Shown here piece after piece: positions 61,194 through 64,000 of a stretch of DNA of 64,000 nt. Position 1 is the first letter of the stretch; the number at the start of each line of letters is the position of its first letter. The stretch spans positions 5,836 through 69,835 of the forward strand of contig JALFIR010000017.1 of assembly GCA_022776215.1 (NCBI GenBank), given 5' to 3'. The DNA comes from Solobacterium sp. Lineage in GTDB: Bacteria; Bacillota_I; Bacilli_A; Erysipelotrichales; Erysipelotrichaceae. Made by a program: the position numbers and the translations under genes. The notes beneath the pieces were generated by a model. That model ran no database searches and was not told the DNA's origin. It saw only the letters and a program-made list of their open reading frames with translations.

Positions 61194-63497
61194 ATGGCCA
61201 AGAAAAAAAGTGGAATAGCTTCTAAGGCAGCTCAAAAGGTTGCTGATAAGAAAGCTCAAGAAAAAGCACAACTAAGTGCTGAAGTGGTTAAACATGTGGT
61301 GGAAGAACCTAAGGTTGAAGTTGTTGAAGTAAAGAAGAAGCAAAATGTTAAGGCCGGGCTCGAATCTGCTGGGCTCGAATCTGGGCACGAACCTGCTCCT
61401 AAGAAAAAAGAAACTAAAGTAGTGGAAAAAGAAGTGAAGACTACTGATAAAAAAGAAACTAAGAAAACTACACCTAAAAAGAGAACTAAGATCGAGGGTG
61501 AAATAGTTAAGACTGAAGAGCCCAAGGAAGTAAAGAACACTAAGGCTACAAGAGCTAAGAAAGAACCTGCTACTCCTAAGAAGTCTAAGATTAAGAAGAC
61601 TGAGAAGAAAACTGAAGATACTGTCAATGTTGTTGATGTTGATGTAGCTGAATTGTTAAAGAAGGAAGTTCTTGAATTAAATGGTGCTGTTGAATCAGTT
61701 AAAGAAGAGAAACCTAAAACTAAAACTACTAGTAAGAAAAAGAAGGTGATCGAATCTGGGCTCGAATCTAAACCTAAAAAGAGAACTAAGATTGAGGGTG
61801 AAATAGTTAAGACTGAGGAACCTAAGGAAGTAAAGAGTACTAAGGCTACAAGAGCTAAGAAAGAACCTGCTACTCCTAAGAAGTCTATAATTAAGAAGGT
61901 TGAAGCTAAAGAAGAAGTTAAAGTTGAAATTAAGGCAGAGCCTGTTGTTGAAGTAAAGGGGCCTGAAACCGGGCTCGAATCTGTTGAGGATAAGGTACAA
62001 AAAATGATGAATGATTATTATCAATCTGATTTCTTTAAGAAGAGACGTTCAATTGCGTTTATTGGTTCTGAATGTTATCCATTTGTTAAGACAGGTGGCT
62101 TGGGTGATGTTATGCATGCCCTTGCTAAGGAATTGAGTAAGAAGAACTGTGATGTTAAGGTTATTCTTCCTCGTTATGCTTGTATTGATCAAAAATGGCA
62201 AGAGAAGATGGTATATAAGGGTTCATTCTACATGGATTTAACAAGTGATGGTGGCCAATATTATGTTGGTATCATGGAATATGTTAATGATGGTGTAGTA
62301 TATGATTTCATTGATAATCAAGAATTCTTTACAAGTGGTAATCCATATACTTCAATTATTGGTGATATTCCTAAGTATTGTTATTTCGCTAAGGCTGCAT
62401 TAGCTGCTCTTAACTATATGAATTGGATTCCAAATGTAATCCATTGTCATGACTGGCAAGCAGGACTTGTTCCAGTATTCTTAAGAGATACATTTAGAGA
62501 TTCTCCAGTAAGTAGTGCTAAGACAGTATTTACAATTCATAACTTGAGATTCCAAGGTATCTTCAACATTGATACATTCAGATACTGGACTAATCTATCT
62601 TATGAAGTATTAAGTAATGACGCTATTAGAAGCGGTAGAGATGATGTGAATATGCTTAAGGCTGGTATCTCTTATTCTGATGCAGTTACAACAGTATCAG
62701 AGACTTATGCAGGTGAGATTCAAACAGCTCAATATGGTGAACAATTAGATGGTCACTTACGTTACTATTCTTACAAGTTAAGAGGTATTGTGAATGGTAT
62801 TGATTGTGATATCTGGAATCCTACAACTGATAAGTTATTACCATATAACTATGATGCAAGTAATGCGATTGAACAAAAGAGATTAAACAAATTAGCTTTA
62901 CAAGAAGAATTAGGTCTTGTGAAGGATGAAAATAAGATGGTTATTGGTTTAATCTCAAGATTAACTGATCAAAAGGGTCTAGATTTAATCAATATGATTG
63001 TAGGTGACTTAATCGATGGCAATACCGAAGTAGTGGTACTTGGTACTGGTGATCCTTATTATGAAGGTTCATTTAGATATTATGAAGAAATTTATAAGGG
63101 CTACTTCTGTGCAAATATTATGTATGATGAGGGTAGAGCTCATAAGATTTATGCAGGATGTGATTGTTTACTAGTTCCTTCTGCATTTGAACCATGTGGT
63201 CTTACTCAATTAATTGGTATGCACTATGGTGCTATTCCAATCGTTAGAGAAACAGGTGGCTTGAAGGATACAGTAGAACCATATAATGAGTTTGAAAATA
63301 GAGGCAATGGCTTCACATTTGACCGCTATGATGCAGGATTATTACTAGATGCAATTAATCGTGCTAAGACATGTTATTTCACTCAAAGAAACAATTTTAA
63401 TGAGATGGTTATAAGAGATATGAACAAGGATGTTTCTTGGTCAACTTCTGCTGATAAGTACAAGGCTTTATACTTGGAATTGACTAACTGGGACTAA
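61194..63497 (+). CDS. glgA: Glycogen synthase with ~280-aa lysine-rich repetitive N-terminal extension
   Basis: The GlgA core starts near aa 285 (IAFIGSECYPFVKTGGLGDV, then the GT5 fold to the end). The N-terminal part is K/E/P/T-rich and repetitive. Confidence 0.9.
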   Translation: MAKKKSGIASKAAQKVADKKAQEKAQLSAEVVKHVVEEPKVEVVEVKKKQNVKAGLESAGLESGHEPAPKKKETKVVEKEVKTTDKKETKKTTPKKRTKIEGEIVKTEEPKEVKNTKATRAKKEPATPKKSKIKKTEKKTEDTVNVVDVDVAELLKKEVLELNGAVESVKEEKPKTKTTSKKKKVIESGLESKPKKRTKIEGEIVKTEEPKEVKSTKATRAKKEPATPKKSIIKKVEAKEEVKVEIKAEPVVEVKGPETGLESVEDKVQKMMNDYYQSDFFKKRRSIAFIGSECYPFVKTGGLGDVMHALAKELSKKNCDVKVILPRYACIDQKWQEKMVYKGSFYMDLTSDGGQYYVGIMEYVNDGVVYDFIDNQEFFTSGNPYTSIIGDIPKYCYFAKAALAALNYMNWIPNVIHCHDWQAGLVPVFLRDTFRDSPVSSAKTVFTIHNLRFQGIFNIDTFRYWTNLSYEVLSNDAIRSGRDDVNMLKAGISYSDAVTTVSETYAGEIQTAQYGEQLDGHLRYYSYKLRGIVNGIDCDIWNPTTDKLLPYNYDASNAIEQKRLNKLALQEELGLVKDENKMVIGLISRLTDQKGLDLINMIVGDLIDGNTEVVVLGTGDPYYEGSFRYYEEIYKGYFCANIMYDEGRAHKIYAGCDCLLVPSAFEPCGLTQLIGMHYGAIPIVRETGGLKDTVEPYNEFENRGNGFTFDRYDAGLLLDAINRAKTCYFTQRNNFNEMVIRDMNKDVSWSTSADKYKALYLELTNWD
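61473..61598 (+). repeat. 126-bp direct repeat, copy A (inside the glgA extension)
   Basis: Encodes PKKRTKIEGEIVKTEEPKEVKNTKATRAKKEPATPKKSKIKK. Near-identical to 61773-61898, exactly 300 bp downstream. Confidence 0.9.
61773..61898 (+). repeat. 126-bp direct repeat, copy B (inside the glgA extension)
   Basis: Encodes PKKRTKIEGEIVKTEEPKEVKSTKATRAKKEPATPKKSIIKK. A handful of substitutions relative to copy A. Confidence 0.9.
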
Positions 63498-63558
63498 AAT
63501 GTAAAGGCTTTCAAAGAAAGTTGTTCAAATTGGTCAAAATTAAGAAAAAATAACTTTA

Positions 63559-63609
63559 AAAAATCCCCTAAAAGAACTAACATTAACAGTGATTGTAAAG
63601 GGGATTTTT
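63559..63609 (+). promoter_or_regulatory. Long-loop hairpin whose 3' arm contains the SD of the antiporter gene (terminator or translational control)
   Basis: AAAAATCCCCT (63559-63569) pairs with AGGGGATTTTT (63599-63609), with a 29-nt loop. The ATG is at 63613. Confidence 0.4.
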
Positions 63610-63612
63610 ATT

Positions 63613-64000
63613 ATGAACATTATGTTATCTCTATCAATTGCGATACTAGCTGGACTATTAATGACAAGAGTCTTAAAAGTATTTAGACTTCCAGCTGTTA
63701 CAGCATACTTGATTGCTGGTATATTAGTAGGACCATATGTACTTGGTCAATTAAATGTTGAAGGCGTTGGTTTTTTAACACTAGAGGAAGTAGAAAAGTT
63801 ATCTATTGTATCTGATGTAGCCTTAGGTTTTATTGCCTTCTCTATTGGTAATGAATTTAGGGTAAAGGACTTAAAACAAATTGGTAAAAAGGCAGTTATT
63901 GTAGGTTTTTGCGAAGCCTTGGCTGCAACATTCTTGGTTAGTGTTTGTTTAATTGTTGTATCACTACTATATCCAGAAACATTGACTATGGCACAAGCTT
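63613..64000 (+). CDS. Cation:proton antiporter (CPA2/Kef-type), 5' part (3' end outside window)
   Basis: MNIMLSLSIAILAGLLMTRVLKVFRLPAVTAYLIAGILVGPYVLG is a typical CPA2 N-terminus. The frame is open to the window end. Confidence 0.8.
   Translation, partial: MNIMLSLSIAILAGLLMTRVLKVFRLPAVTAYLIAGILVGPYVLGQLNVEGVGFLTLEEVEKLSIVSDVALGFIAFSIGNEFRVKDLKQIGKKAVIVGFCEALAATFLVSVCLIVVSLLYPETLTMAQA

Noticed and set aside
7506-62024. Many track ORFs lie antisense to, or out of frame within, strongly supported genes. They are 7506-7757, 10043-10276, 10723-10953, 11988-12278, 12327-12572, 14656-14886, 15373-15600, 22476-22898, 24481-24681, 25323-25568, 27483-27854, 29339-29539 and 30657-30851. Also 32198-32428, 32358-32567, 32562-32771, 34118-34321, 35727-35909, 36031-36363, 37321-37554, 37662-37856, 38920-39201, 40509-40727, 41653-41841 and 43133-43420. 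Also 44529-44762, 44558-44779, 45744-45983, 47691-47909, 51819-52085, 54283-54582, 55179-55535, 55708-55902, 57179-57412, 58420-58671, 61256-61627 and 61695-62024.
   Set aside because: Each overlaps a gene with clear family motifs on the other strand or in another frame. Their translations are low-complexity or hydrophobic runs typical of AT-rich shadow ORFs, and none has a recognisable motif or a convincing start context.

Overview
AT-rich (about one-third G+C by eye), gene-dense bacterial chromosome segment using the standard code. Gene content and order (rpmH-rnpA-yidC-jag, uvrA-hprK-lgt, cmk-der, ECF transporter, class III RNRs, sortase B) point to an anaerobic low-GC Bacillota, possibly Erysipelotrichia-like; that taxon guess is weak. 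I call 63 protein-coding genes, including two absent from the ORF track (rpmH and a 51-aa mini-gene) and a 3'-truncated antiporter gene. I also call one disrupted RhuM/Doc-type pseudogene with an IS remnant. I saw no rRNA, tRNA or CRISPR. Most of the window is housekeeping. The accessory or unusual parts are listed here. (1) There are two complete anaerobic ribonucleotide reductase systems. The second is a compact fused module: a MarR-NrdG fusion, NrdD with a C-terminal CPKC redoxin domain, and an overlapping TrxR-like gene that lacks the NADPH motif. Both nrd promoters carry the same 14-bp palindrome. (2) An ECF transporter is linked to an M20 dipeptidase and two tandem DUF62 SAM-hydrolase paralogs. 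(3) Four Fic/Doc-fold loci are present: an AlbA_2-ATPase/Fic pair, a lone class II Fic, a DinJ-VbhA-fusion/FicT pair, and a decayed RhuM/Doc gene. An orphan AbiEi and a HigBA-like pair lie nearby. (4) An AAA/PD-(D/E)xK-like ATPase is preceded by four direct repeats phased at exactly 33 bp. (5) A glycogen synthase has a roughly 280-aa lysine-rich repetitive N-terminal extension, which shares a 21-aa motif with an acidic membrane-anchored protein 6 kb upstream. (6) Window-wide, at least ten genes have a -10 box exactly 6 nt upstream of the ATG and no Shine-Dalgarno, which implies frequent leaderless mRNAs. All protein calls rest on motif recognition by eye; no alignments, HMM or Rfam searches were run.
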